A DNA stretch of 64,000 nt from Ptychomitrium polyphyllum (taxonomy: Eukaryota): contig OZ316776.1 of NCBI GenBank assembly GCA_973851085.1, forward strand, positions 9,424,001 to 9,488,000, read 5' to 3'. This document shows, piece by piece, positions 62,986 through 64,000 of this stretch. Position 1 is the stretch's first letter; each line of letters starts with the position of its first letter. Made by a program: the position numbers and the translations under genes. The notes beneath the pieces are model-generated. The model had not been told where the DNA came from. It ran no database searches and saw only the letters and a program-made list of their open reading frames with translations.

Positions 62986-63971
62986 TTACGGGGCGACACC
63001 ACGATTATGGTGCAATGCTTCACTCGTGCAACGACAAACGTTAAAACCAAGTTGATTAGTCAGCCAACTCTGACATGTAGTATACTTTAATCAGACTGTC
63101 AAGAGTCTAGATCTTAGTTCTATTACAACAGGATGAATCGGATTGAAGATTTTCTTTGCCCACCATTTGCCACAAAGAGATGAGCAAGTCAGGATTACCT
63201 TCGCACGCATTGCAGCTAAAAAGGCTTCATTTTCAGCAGGAATCTTTTCAGGTTTTACTTTCGATGTCAAACTGCGCAGGCGGTTTGGTGAAGTATGCCT
63301 AACCTCTGCTCTCCTCTCTTCGGCCATTATACCCAGCTCTAAAGGACAACACTACCACATTCATGTCACAGTCCACATGTGATGTTCACAAAAAAATCAC
63401 ATGACACGCGCTTTGTAAGAAGATGTAGAAGCCAAGATGTACGTACCCCTTCCAGCATCAATCAGGCTCTGCCAGTATTTCGCAGCTTCCTCCCGCTCTA
63501 CATACAAGGTACAAAACGCTCACAGAATTAGCAGCACTTCTAAGCCTACAATTCAAACAAAAAAAGTCCAACTGTTTCCATGAGCATTCACCTATTTCGA
63601 CAGGACCCGCCATCTTGACTTTCTTTACTTCGCAAACGCCCTTGTCGGTGTCTTCTTCCGCGACTCTTTTCTTCCCACATTGCTACATTCCAAACAAGGC
63701 TCATTAAACTCTGCGAATTAGGGTTTCCCTGTCAGGTTTCGCATAAGAATAAACAGTGTTACACCTAGATATATGACTAATCGATATAGAATATCATCCC
63801 TATCATGTGAATCTTCATGGCCGTGCAGTTATACCGCCATGAGCACTCCTACGCTCTAATCCTACAGAAACTTCACAACATCTTTTCCAAGATTCACTTC
63901 TACAGATTTAATAAATACGATACAGAGAGCAGTGTGAGGGCAAGAAGTACCAATTCAGCGAGGGCACGCAG
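62986..63971 (-). CDS. 3' exons of an unidentified spliced gene running off the right edge
   Basis: Phase-compatible GT-AG exons: 63971-63951 (LRALAEL), 63682-63592 (QCGKKRVAEEDTDKGVCEVKKVKMAGPVEI), 63497-63447 (EREEAAKYWQSLIDAGR), 63338-63199 (ELGIMAEERR...AAMRAK). A tentative last exon is 63069-62986. Confidence 0.6.
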
Positions 63972-64000
63972 CTACATTGAGCAAGTGGGTGGACGTTACC

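Overview
Eukaryotic, intron-rich land-plant DNA. It is most likely a moss: gene content, abundant telo-boxes and AT-rich islands between genes point that way, but this is inference. Ten complete spliced protein-coding genes can be rebuilt by hand: a 27-exon MAP3K-epsilon (Cdc15/Cdc7-like) kinase, a half-size ABCG transporter with a long N-terminal extension, a 99-aa DUF427 protein that the ORF track misses, a TIN1-like protein, an LRR-III receptor-like pseudokinase, proteasome lid subunit RPN9, an NPSN SNARE, Pol I subunit RPA43, a DRG GTPase and an HMA-domain protein with KE-rich repeats. The 3' part of an unknown gene lies at the right edge. Non-genic highlights are a ~1.8 kb array of mixed 11- and 13-bp units, a G-quadruplex-type 8-mer repeat, and two diverged copies (near 40-210 and 31645-31815) of a decayed AT-rich coding element whose differences look biased to synonymous sites. 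No rRNA, tRNA or CRISPR was seen. I cannot demonstrate a new biological system from sequence alone. The best leads are the decayed multi-copy element with its attached array and the bacterial-type DUF427 gene.
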